A stretch of DNA of 64,000 nucleotides from Cyanobacteriota bacterium. GTDB lineage: Bacteria > Cyanobacteriota > Cyanobacteriia > Cyanobacteriales > Nostocaceae. Location of the stretch: positions 112,307-176,306 of the forward strand of contig JBJOKS010000007.1 of assembly GCA_046045965.1 (NCBI GenBank), read 5' to 3'. Below the pieces are notes generated by a model. The model did no database searches, was not told the origin of the DNA, and saw only the letters and a program-made list of their open reading frames with translations. This document shows positions 53,024 through 62,200 of this stretch, in pieces (position 1 is the stretch's first letter; the number at the start of each line of letters is the position of its first letter). The position numbers and the translations under genes are program-made.

Positions 53024-54748
53024 ATGACAACAGAACATAGTTTAATTCTGGATATAACAACAGTTTTAACCGCTACCGCACTAGGAGGGTTTTTGTCCCA
53101 TCGGTTGCGTCAACCTGTGATACTTGGTTATTTAGTTAGTGGTTTTGCTATTGGACCTTTTGGTTTCAAATTATTAAGCAATGTTGATGATATTAAATCT
53201 TTAGCAGAAATTGGTGTTGCTTTCCTGCTGTTTGCATTGGGTGTAGAATTTTCTTTAGCAGAACTCAAACGAGTTAAAGAAATTGCCATTAAAGGTAGTT
53301 TACTACAAATTGGTTTAACAATTGCCCTAGTAACAATAGTAACCGTCTCCACAGGGTGGGCTTCTGGAATTACAAAAGGCATTTTTTTAGGAGCAGTTTT
53401 ATCTCTTTCTTCCACAGCAATAGTATTAAAAACACTCACAGAAAAGGGTGAAGTTAATACAGTGCATGGGCAAATTATGCTGGCAATATTAATTACTCAA
53501 GATTTAGCTTTGGGTGTAATGTTAGCAATACTTCCGGCTTTGCAAAAACCAGAAAATATTGCCACAGCATTAGGTTTTGCTTTAGTCAAAATTGCACTGT
53601 TTGTAGTAGTTGCAATTATATTTAGTCGTTGGATAGTACCTCGTATTTTAAGCAATATAGCAGCCACAGAAAGCAATGAGTTATTTCTATTAGTTCTAAT
53701 TGCTCTTTGTTTAGGAGTTGCTTTAATAACTGCACATTTAGGTCTTTCCATTGCAATGGGGGCGTTTGTCGCTGGTTTAATGATATCAGAAATTGATTAT
53801 GCTGATCAGGCTTTAGCCAAGATTTTACCCTTGCGAGATACATTTGCAAGTTTGTTTTTTGCATCCATTGGAATGCTCATTGATCCAGCTATTCTCATCA
53901 GCAATTTTGCTATAATTTTAGGACTTGTAACTTTGGTACTGCTGGGTAAAGCAGCAATTATTTTCGGAATTGTTTTGAAATTTGGCTACTCTCTCAAAAA
54001 TGCTATTATAGTCAGTTTGGGAATTAACCAAATTGGTGAATTTTCCTTTGTATTAGCCTTGGTAGGTTTACAATTAGAATTGATATCTCAACAAACCTAT
54101 TCTTTATTGTTAGGAACAACGGCAATTACACTCATCCTCACACCTTTTTCACTCAAAATTGCACCTGTAATTGCAGATAAATTAAATCAAAATCCCTTCC
54201 TAGCGAATTTATTACAAAGATTTTCTGCACCTAAAACCATATCTATGCCAGAAATAATGACTGGTCATGTAGTGGTAGCAGGTTATGGTAGAGTTGGACA
54301 AGTAATTGTCAACATTTTGGAAACTGAAGGATATGCAGTTTTAGTCATTGAAAATAGTGAAGCATCTGTACAAAGATTAAGAATGCGCCAAATTCCTTAT
54401 ATTTTTGGTGATGCAGATTCAGAATTAGTTTTAGAAAAAGCACATTTAGAAACTGCTAAAGCTTTAGCGATCGCACTTCCAGATCCTGCTAGTACCCGTT
54501 TACTTTTAAAAAATGCTTTGACTATTGCACCTAATTTAGATGTCATTGCTCGTTCACACAGTAACAAGGAAATTGATCTTTTAACCCAAATGGGTGCGAA
54601 GGAAGTCGTACAACCTGAATTTGAAGCCGCATTAGAGTTAGGAAATCATTTATTAAAAACTTTGGGAGCAGCAGAAAGTTACATTCAAACTGTGATTAAT
54701 ACTATTCGTAAAGATAGATATTTAAGTGTGAGACCTGATAAAGAATAG
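53024..54748 (+). CDS. CPA2 cation:proton antiporter with TrkA-N domain (KefC-like)
   Basis: LSLSSTAIV, QDLA, GAFVAG, QIGEFSF, GYGRVG. Confidence 0.92.
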   Translation: MTTEHSLILDITTVLTATALGGFLSHRLRQPVILGYLVSGFAIGPFGFKLLSNVDDIKSLAEIGVAFLLFALGVEFSLAELKRVKEIAIKGSLLQIGLTIALVTIVTVSTGWASGITKGIFLGAVLSLSSTAIVLKTLTEKGEVNTVHGQIMLAILITQDLALGVMLAILPALQKPENIATALGFALVKIALFVVVAIIFSRWIVPRILSNIAATESNELFLLVLIALCLGVALITAHLGLSIAMGAFVAGLMISEIDYADQALAKILPLRDTFASLFFASIGMLIDPAILISNFAIILGLVTLVLLGKAAIIFGIVLKFGYSLKNAIIVSLGINQIGEFSFVLALVGLQLELISQQTYSLLLGTTAITLILTPFSLKIAPVIADKLNQNPFLANLLQRFSAPKTISMPEIMTGHVVVAGYGRVGQVIVNILETEGYAVLVIENSEASVQRLRMRQIPYIFGDADSELVLEKAHLETAKALAIALPDPASTRLLLKNALTIAPNLDVIARSHSNKEIDLLTQMGAKEVVQPEFEAALELGNHLLKTLGAAESYIQTVINTIRKDRYLSVRPDKE

Positions 54749-54804
54749 GAGTCAGGAGTAATTAATTACGAATTACGAATTACAAATTATTGGGGAGCAA
54801 GCTT

Positions 54805-54910
54805 CAGGCGACTGGAAGTCACAGCTACACAGGCAAAACCCACCTCCGTGGGTTATTAGTCCACGTAGGTGGACTTGGTTTGTATAGCTGCTATTTCTAA
54901 TAGCCAGGGA
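54805..54910. repeat. Multi-hairpin MITE-like dispersed element
   Basis: cagcta..ca/tgtatagctg outer arms; aacccac..gtgggtt and agtccac..gtggact inner hairpins. Confidence 0.6.
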
Positions 54911-54937
54911 TTTTTTACAAAATTGGGATGCTCCCAA

Positions 54938-55822
54938 TTATTTTACCCTTTCCCCTAACTTATTCCATAATTCCAGAGGAGAAATTAGACTAAGACCTGA
55001 AAATTGACCATCTCCTGTTTCAATTACTATCCATTCTCCACTTTTTAACTGTCCAATATCAACGGCAATGTAAGGAACTTGTAAACGTTGAGAAGCGAGA
55101 ATTGCTAAATTTAATACCTGTTCTTCTTCCGCTGTTGACAATTTACTTAAATCATCTTTACTATCCCAATAATAGCCATATTTGAGAACTTGATGATTAT
55201 AAATAAAACATCTAAATTCTCTGCCCATTGGAAAACCATTAGGAGCAAGGCGTTGATATCTGAGATTGACTAATTTTCTGATAATAATTCGACCTCTTGC
55301 AGCATATTTGAACTTTAATAACTTGGTTGTTAATTCTGTCAATTCTTGTAAATTATTAGCTACACAAGATTTCCAACCTTGCTGTTTTCTAGATTGAATT
55401 GCACCTTTAACAAATACAGGAAATCCTAATAATTCACTAGCTTTAATGCACTCATCTGTTGAAGTAATAATCACACTTTCCGGTGTTAACCCTTGTAGAA
55501 GGGGATAAAACATATCAAATTCCTGTGCTATTTGATGTTGTGAAGGATTATTCAGTAATTTGATTCCCTTGTCTAAAGCTGCTTGGTATATCGCTTGATA
55601 TCGTTCTAATTCTGGGATATATCCTACCCAAATTCCCTGAGTTCCTTCAGCATATTTGGGAATATGCCATAGTGCATTTTCGGCTGTACCACATTCTTGA
55701 AAATCTGAAGGGATATAGTAGACTTTAAAACCCAATAATTGGGCAGTTTCAGTCATTAATTTATTTTCTTTAGCACTGCTAGATCGTTCTTTTTGTTCTG
55801 CTGCTTCACTAATAACAATCAT
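54938..55822 (-). CDS. ATP-grasp domain protein (R2K clade / DUF4343-like)
   Basis: PVFVKG..SRK, REFRCF, YIAVDIGQ...GEWIVIE.GDGQFSG. Confidence 0.8.
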   Translation of the reverse strand: MIVISEAAEQKERSSSAKENKLMTETAQLLGFKVYYIPSDFQECGTAENALWHIPKYAEGTQGIWVGYIPELERYQAIYQAALDKGIKLLNNPSQHQIAQEFDMFYPLLQGLTPESVIITSTDECIKASELLGFPVFVKGAIQSRKQQGWKSCVANNLQELTELTTKLLKFKYAARGRIIIRKLVNLRYQRLAPNGFPMGREFRCFIYNHQVLKYGYYWDSKDDLSKLSTAEEEQVLNLAILASQRLQVPYIAVDIGQLKSGEWIVIETGDGQFSGLSLISPLELWNKLGERVK

Positions 55823-55896
55823 TGTTCTTTTTGGTTTTTGTAAATAAACAAATAACTATAAATATAAATAAAAAAGTGGGCATTGCCCACCCTAAT

Positions 55897-57078
55897 TTAA
55901 CCTTTAACGCACATAACCTGTTTAAGAGTTGCTACCACTTCTACTAAGTCTGCTTGGTTTTCCATGACTTGCTCAATGGGTTTATAAGCGCCGGGAATTT
56001 CATCTAAAACTCCTGCATCTTTACGACATTCTACACCTTTCGTTTGTTCGATTAAATCATCAAGAGTATAGACGTTTTTTGCTTTATTCCTTGACATTAA
56101 ACGGCCTGCACCATGACTACAGGAGCAAAAACTATGAGCATTTCCTTTACCTTTGACAATGAAAGATTTTGCTCCCATTGAACCAGGAATAATGCCATAA
56201 TCTTCTGTTTGAGCGCGGACTGCACCTTTACGAGTGACATAAACATCTTCGCCAAAATGTACTTCTTTTTCGGCGTAGTTGTGATGACAATTTACCTCTA
56301 ATAAAGGTTTAGTTACTTTCCCACCAACTAGATGTTTTTCGACGATTTTTTTAAATCTCGCCATCATCACATCACGGTTAAAAAGTGCGTAATTTTGCGC
56401 CCATTGTAAGTCTTCCCAGTAGGCTTTAAATTCTGGTGTTCCAGCGACAAAATAAGCTAAGTCTGGATCTGGTAATTTCTCACCTGCCATTTTTGCGAGT
56501 TGTTTGGCTGTGTCAATATGACATTGGGCTAATTTATTACCAATGTTTCTGGAACCGGAATGCAACATTAACCAAACTTGGTTTTCTGTATCAAGACAAA
56601 TCTCGATAAAATGATTTCCTCCACCGAGAGAACCCATTTGTTTCATCGCTTTGCTTTCTAAGTCTTGCACTCCCCGATGCAAGTCTTTAAATGAGCGCCA
56701 TTTCTGCCAGTTAGTTACAGCTTTTTCTACTTCTTTATTTTCATTAAATCCTGTAGGAATTGCTGCTTCAATATCGAGGCGAATTTTCTTTAGTTTACCT
56801 TCTAATTGTTCACCTGTAAATGGTGTTTTTATGGCACACATACCGCAACCCAGATCTACGCCGACAGCCGCAGGGATAATGGCTTCTTTGGTGGCAATTA
56901 CTGAACCAACTAACGCTCCTTTTCCTAAGTGAACATCGGGCATTAAGGCAACGTGTTTAAAGACAAATGGCAAAGATGCAACATTCTTGGCCATTTTGGT
57001 TTCATCTGAGCCTAAAGAATGATTTGCCCAAGATAAAACAGGTGATGGGGTGTTAATTCCTAATTGTTCGTAGGGCAT
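55897..57078 (-). CDS. rtcB: RNA ligase RtcB
   Basis: MPDVHLG, VGVDLGCG, GSLGGGNHFIE, HSGSR, HHN, RKGA, PGSMG, SHGAGR. Confidence 0.96.
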   Translation of the reverse strand: MPYEQLGINTPSPVLSWANHSLGSDETKMAKNVASLPFVFKHVALMPDVHLGKGALVGSVIATKEAIIPAAVGVDLGCGMCAIKTPFTGEQLEGKLKKIRLDIEAAIPTGFNENKEVEKAVTNWQKWRSFKDLHRGVQDLESKAMKQMGSLGGGNHFIEICLDTENQVWLMLHSGSRNIGNKLAQCHIDTAKQLAKMAGEKLPDPDLAYFVAGTPEFKAYWEDLQWAQNYALFNRDVMMARFKKIVEKHLVGGKVTKPLLEVNCHHNYAEKEVHFGEDVYVTRKGAVRAQTEDYGIIPGSMGAKSFIVKGKGNAHSFCSCSHGAGRLMSRNKAKNVYTLDDLIEQTKGVECRKDAGVLDEIPGAYKPIEQVMENQADLVEVVATLKQVMCVKG

Positions 57079-57367
57079 AGTAAAAATTCAAAAATACAAA
57101 GTCAAAAGTCAAAAATATTTTAATATTGCAGGTATGTTTTAAATCATAGTTTTAGATTCTCTTAACTCAATACTACAAAAATACTACATTAAATTTTATC
57201 TGTCAACTTGTCAGAATAAAAAACCTAGATCCTCAGCGGATGGGAGAAGTGGGGGTTATTTTCGGCTCTGTGGTAAGATATTTAGGGTTTTGCCAGCATC
57301 AATGCACACCAAAATGGGTAATAATCATTGGTGAGGATATTACTTCTTCAGTTTTTGGCATAGTGGC

Positions 57368-58096
57368 ATGAGTTTAAAGGCAGTTTTATTCGATTTTAAT
57401 GGTGTCATCATCAAAGATGAGCCAATTCACCTACAATTGATAGATGAGATTCTATTGCAGGAAAATTTGCAACCGCAAAAGCTGCATGAACGTCAAGCTT
57501 GTTTGGGAAGGAGCGATCGCGCTTATTTTCAAGACTTGCTCAAAAATCGTGGTAGAGTAGTGACGGAACAATATTTAACTCAGTTGCTACAACGCAAAGC
57601 TGAGGCTTATTTGCTGGAACTGGAGAAGCTGGAAAAACTGCCTTTGTATTCAGGAATAGAAGATTTAATTTTTCAGGTGCGATCGCAACATCTTCAACTC
57701 GGTTTAGTTAGTGGTGCGTTACGTCAAGAAATAGAACCGGTGCTAGAACGTGCCAAACTGATTGAATACTTTCATGTTATTGTCGCAGGTGATGACATCA
57801 ACACCAGTAAACCCCAACCAGAGGGTTATTTGCTGGCTGTAGAGAAATTTAATCAAGCCTACCCAGAATTAAATCTGCAAACTCAGGAATGTTTAGCTAT
57901 TGAAGATACTCCGGCGGGTATTCACGCAGCAAAACGCGCTCAGATGCAAGTAGTGGGAGTTGCGAATACTTACCCGTTTCATATGTTGCAACGTCAAGCT
58001 AACTGGACAGTTGACTATTTGACAGAGTTGGAATTAGAACGGGTACAGGAAATTTTTTTGCAAAAAGATGTGAACAATATAAAGACTGAGTGTTAA
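57368..58096 (+). CDS. HAD-superfamily phosphatase
   Basis: FDFNGVI, KPQPEGY, AIEDTPAG. Confidence 0.9.
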   Translation: MSLKAVLFDFNGVIIKDEPIHLQLIDEILLQENLQPQKLHERQACLGRSDRAYFQDLLKNRGRVVTEQYLTQLLQRKAEAYLLELEKLEKLPLYSGIEDLIFQVRSQHLQLGLVSGALRQEIEPVLERAKLIEYFHVIVAGDDINTSKPQPEGYLLAVEKFNQAYPELNLQTQECLAIEDTPAGIHAAKRAQMQVVGVANTYPFHMLQRQANWTVDYLTELELERVQEIFLQKDVNNIKTEC

Positions 58097-58112
58097 AATA
58101 GGATGTGATCAA

Positions 58113-58185
58113 GGGGAATTAGCTCAGTTGGTAGAGTGCTGCGATCGCACCGCAGAGGTCAGGGGTTCGAGTCTCCTATTCTCCA
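58113..58185 (+). tRNA. trnA: tRNA-Ala(CGC)
   Basis: GGGGAAT/ATTCTCC acceptor stem with G3:U70; CTGCG-ATCGCAC-CGCAG anticodon arm; GGTTCGAGT T-loop. Confidence 0.95.
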
Positions 58186-58276
58186 TTAATCAAACATTTT
58201 GACTATTCTATAGTGTAACATATCTTGTGGGGTGGGCATCTTGCACCCTAACTATATATATTCAAACATACACAAA

Positions 58277-58519
58277 ATGGCAATCAAAAAAAGTGAACTT
58301 TACAGTTCTTTATGGAAAAGTTGCGATAAACTACGGGGAGGAATGGATGCTTCTCAATATAAAAACTATGTCCTAGTTTTATGATTTGTTAAATACGTAT
58401 CTGATAAATATGCAAATGCGGAAGATGCACTTATAGAAATACCCCCAGGGGGCAGTTTTCAGGATATTGTTAACTTAAGTGGTGGTAGAGCAGCCAGTGA
58501 ACCTCCTGGTGGTAAATAA
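58277..58519 (+). pseudogene. hsdM: Type I restriction-modification methyltransferase HsdM, 5' remnant with internal stop and foreign tail
   Basis: MAIKKSELYSSLWKSCDKLRGGMDASQYKNYVLVL*FVKYVSDKY...IEIPPGGSF; TGA at 58382. Confidence 0.85.
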
Positions 58520-58812
58520 AGATAATAGATTTTGCAACATCAGCGAAAACTCAAAAATCGACGATGTGAGTTAACATTCAACACTTCTGTCCTAAATTCA
58601 CTTGAGATAAAACTCTGAAAATTCCATAATGGCTTTTAGAGATAGTTATTTTTTGGCTCTACAGTTGTGCAAACTGTAGGATGAATATCAGCAAAATTGC
58701 GGAATAATAGCGTAGTTAAATGAAGTTTTGATGAAGATGATATTTTCCTCTTGCTTTTGTGTTGATTGTTAAATTACTATACTCATAAGTTACATCCTGA
58801 AAAAAAATTACC

Positions 58813-58971
58813 ATGAAAACCCTTAACTATAGCCAACTCAACCTAGAGCAAAAAGAACAAGTCAACAATTTAATTGCACAAATGGAAGGTCAACAACAAA
58901 ATAGCAACTCTGCTGTTCGCTTTGTTGCTCGTGGTGGTCGGGGTGGTGAGTTTGGTGGTGTCCCTATATAA
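58813..58971 (+). CDS. Putative RiPP-like precursor peptide, 52 aa
   Basis: MKTLNYSQLNLEQKEQVNNLIAQMEGQQQNSNSAVRFVARGGRGGEFGGVPI*; directly upstream of and co-oriented with the HExxH gene. Confidence 0.65.
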   Translation: MKTLNYSQLNLEQKEQVNNLIAQMEGQQQNSNSAVRFVARGGRGGEFGGVPI

Positions 58972-59051
58972 TGAGAAATGCGTTTGATTCAACCATGAAT
59001 TACTTATGGATTAAGTAACTGTTGAAGCTTACGTTGTTTCTCTACAGTCAT

Positions 59052-59087
59052 TTTACCCCTTTCCATTTATGTACGGAGAGGGGTAAA
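59052..59087. terminator. Stem-loop between the precursor-like ORF and the modifying enzyme gene
   Basis: tttacccctttcc...ggagaggggtaaa. Confidence 0.5.
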
Positions 59088-59237
59088 TAAAGTAGAACTT
59101 TGGTGGAGTGAGGTAACTCAGGATTAATGGGTAATTGATAAAGTTCAATATAATTAATGTCATGCCCTTATGACAGGATTTGTGTGTTAATTTGACACCA
59201 ATAATCCGTATAATATGAAAATATCAAAGCAAAGTTA

Positions 59238-62200
59238 TTGTATAAATTTTATAGAGCAAATGTAATGTCAATCCACCCAGATATAGACATGAAAATAGGT
59301 GAACAACAGGATAAAATTGGTCAATCAAGTTTTTTTTGGACTGATACGAAACTATTTGATGATCGTCAAAAGCAGAATATTAATACATTGATTGCTATAG
59401 AACAAGTTCTGATGCGTCACCCTAAATTTGAGGGTTATCAAGAAGACATTGCAGAGATTCAAGAATTTTTAGAAATTTATCATCAAATTGCCACAGAAGC
59501 ATCAGAAAAGTTTACCTTAATCTGGTCAGATCCTTTTGCTTATCACTGGTGTCAATTAGCATTTGATTTAGTCACAGCAACCCTGACCAAGAAATCTTTA
59601 CCCCTTGTTACTCAAGAATATTGTCAGGCAATTCAACAAAAAACTCCCATTCAAGCACTAATTACTCACCTGAATCAGTTTAAGTTATTTGCGGTTGCCT
59701 ATGGTTTTCTGTCTCAGCAAAGTTATCAATTTAAAACTCCTTTAACTTGTCACTTACCACTAGCAATTCCGGGTACATCTCTTTATTTAGAAGGGAAGGG
59801 AAAAATAGAAATTTATGGTATTAACTCGGAAAAATTAGAACTTTTAGTCACAAATAATCAACAACCCCTAGCATTAATCCCAAATGCCACATTAACTGAA
59901 GATAATTTGCAAGTGGGACAATGCCCAACAATTCAACTTCCCAGTCGAGAATTACGATTTCAGCCTTATTGTTTTAATTCTCCAGCTTTTCCAGATGGTC
60001 AAGCAGTTGTTGAAGCAGGAATGACCTATCAGGGGCAATATGTCACCCTGGTAAAAGAGGGATTAACACTGATTGAGCAATATCATCCTCAAACTTTTGA
60101 GCAATTGCATTATTTTATGCAGTTATTGGCTCTCAAACCCGTCAACATTGGAACTTTTACCAACCTCAGTAGCTCAGATTTTTCTGGAGCTTTAATTTGT
60201 AGCGTGATTGAAAATCCCTATAGATTAGCTGATAACTTCATTCACGAATTTCACCACAATCGTCTATTCTTAATTGAACAAAATAATCCCCTGTTGTTGG
60301 AGTCAGTTGAAGACGGTAAAGCTAACAATTTGTATTATTCCCCTTGGCGTTTTGATTTGCGTCCCCTAAGAGGGATTTTCCATGCTATATATGTATATAC
60401 ACCCGTTGCTCAGTTCTGGTTAAATGTTTATCGAGCAAATCCCACGGGGGAACTTTTAGACTTTACCAAAAGCCAACTGATTAAAATTCCTTTACAACTG
60501 CAAATTGGGCTGGAGCAATTACGCAAATACGCGAAATTTACCCCTGTGGGTCAGGATCTTTTTCATGAATTAGAAAAACAACTTGCTCAAATTAAACAAG
60601 ATATTGCTCAACTTCAAATTCCCTTAGATGTTCCAGACTTAGACTTTCAACCAAATGGATCTTTCATTTATAATCTCCGCGCTGGAACAGCCCAATTCTT
60701 AACAGTTAAAGAAGCAATATTAAATCACATCAAGGGTTTTGATTATTTTGAACAAATAGATATTCAATTACAAACAAGTTTAGGTTTAGAGCAATTTTCA
60801 CATAACAGAATAGAAGAAAAAGCACCAGCGATCGCCTATGGGGAAAGATTAACAGGAGATTTTGAGGTTGTATCTTCCCTAGCAGAAACCTTAAAACAAA
60901 AAATTGACAGATTTGGTGACAGCAAACTCATTGATTTAAAGGAAAATCAAGGACTAACTCGCACCTATGGCGACCTTTGGCAACAGTCAACAACCTTACT
61001 TAGTTACTTGCAAGCACAAGGTTTATCTCCTGGGGACTTGATCATCATTCATTTTGAATATTGTCATGATTTTGTAGCAGCGGTTTGGAGTTGTTTTTTA
61101 GGTGGTTTTGTCCCCGTACCAGTGGCAATTTCTCCCTATAGTTCTCATGTATCTGCCCAAAATACTAAACTGCAACAGGTATGGCAAGCATTAGATCATC
61201 CTGTAATTCTCACCACAAAGGATCTGACATCTAAAATTAACAATATTCTTAAAGATTCAACACCCAACTTACTAACTATTGAAAAATCCCCAGAATTTTC
61301 TCCCAGTCAGAATTTTCATTCCCATCAACCTGAAGATTTAGCTCTATTACTCACCAGTTCTGGTACAACAGGTAATCCTAAACTGATTTCTTTTGATGCT
61401 GTCACAGTTCTGAGTCAATTTCTCTCAGAGAATCAGAAATCTCAGTTTTCCGATTGTTTCTTGACTTGGATTCCTTTTGATAATGCGTCAGGATTTGGTA
61501 TCGTCAATCCGACACCAGGTAAAACCCTTTATTTGCCAGCAGAACACTTTTTTGGAAAACCTATACTTTGGTTGGATATTGTTGATCAATACAAAGTGAA
61601 AAAAAGCGTATTGACTAACTTTGCTATGACAAAGATCACAGAGCAAATTCAGCAAATTTCCCAACCTGACTGGGATTTGACCTCTATCCAAACCATTGGT
61701 TTAGGTGCAGAAAAAATAGTTCCTCAAACTTGTCGTTCTTTCTTACAGACTTTACAACCATTAGGATTAGCTTCAGATGTTCTTAATGTTGCCTATGGTC
61801 TTTCTGAAACGGGAGTTGTGGCCAGTAATCGTGAATGGATAACAATGGGTTATGACCAGCGTAACGAACAATTTGTGCAAATTGGTCAGCCTTTACCGGG
61901 TTGTGGAATTCGTATTGTTGATGATGAAAATAATTTACTCAATGAGGGTGAAGTTGGTCATATTCAGATTTGGGGTGTAAACAGAACTGGTGTTTATTAC
62001 AACAATCCAAGGTTAAATAGGACGCTTTTTACAGAAGATGGTTGGCTCAATACTGGAGATTTAGGATTTCTCAATCGCAATTACCTCACTGTGACAGGAC
62101 GAGAAAAGGAGATTGTTATTATCAATGGCAAGAATTATTCCTGTCAAGAAATTGAATTAGTGGTCGAAGCAGTTGGGGGAGTTCAACCTTCTTACACCAT

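Noticed and set aside
58141..58148. HIP1 octamer inside the tRNA-Ala anticodon arm
   Set aside because: It is explained by the stem and CGC anticodon sequence; there is no evidence of separate significance.
150..61691. Numerous short antisense or overlapping ORFs in the ORF track
   Set aside because: They are shadows of well-supported genes and carry no independent motifs.
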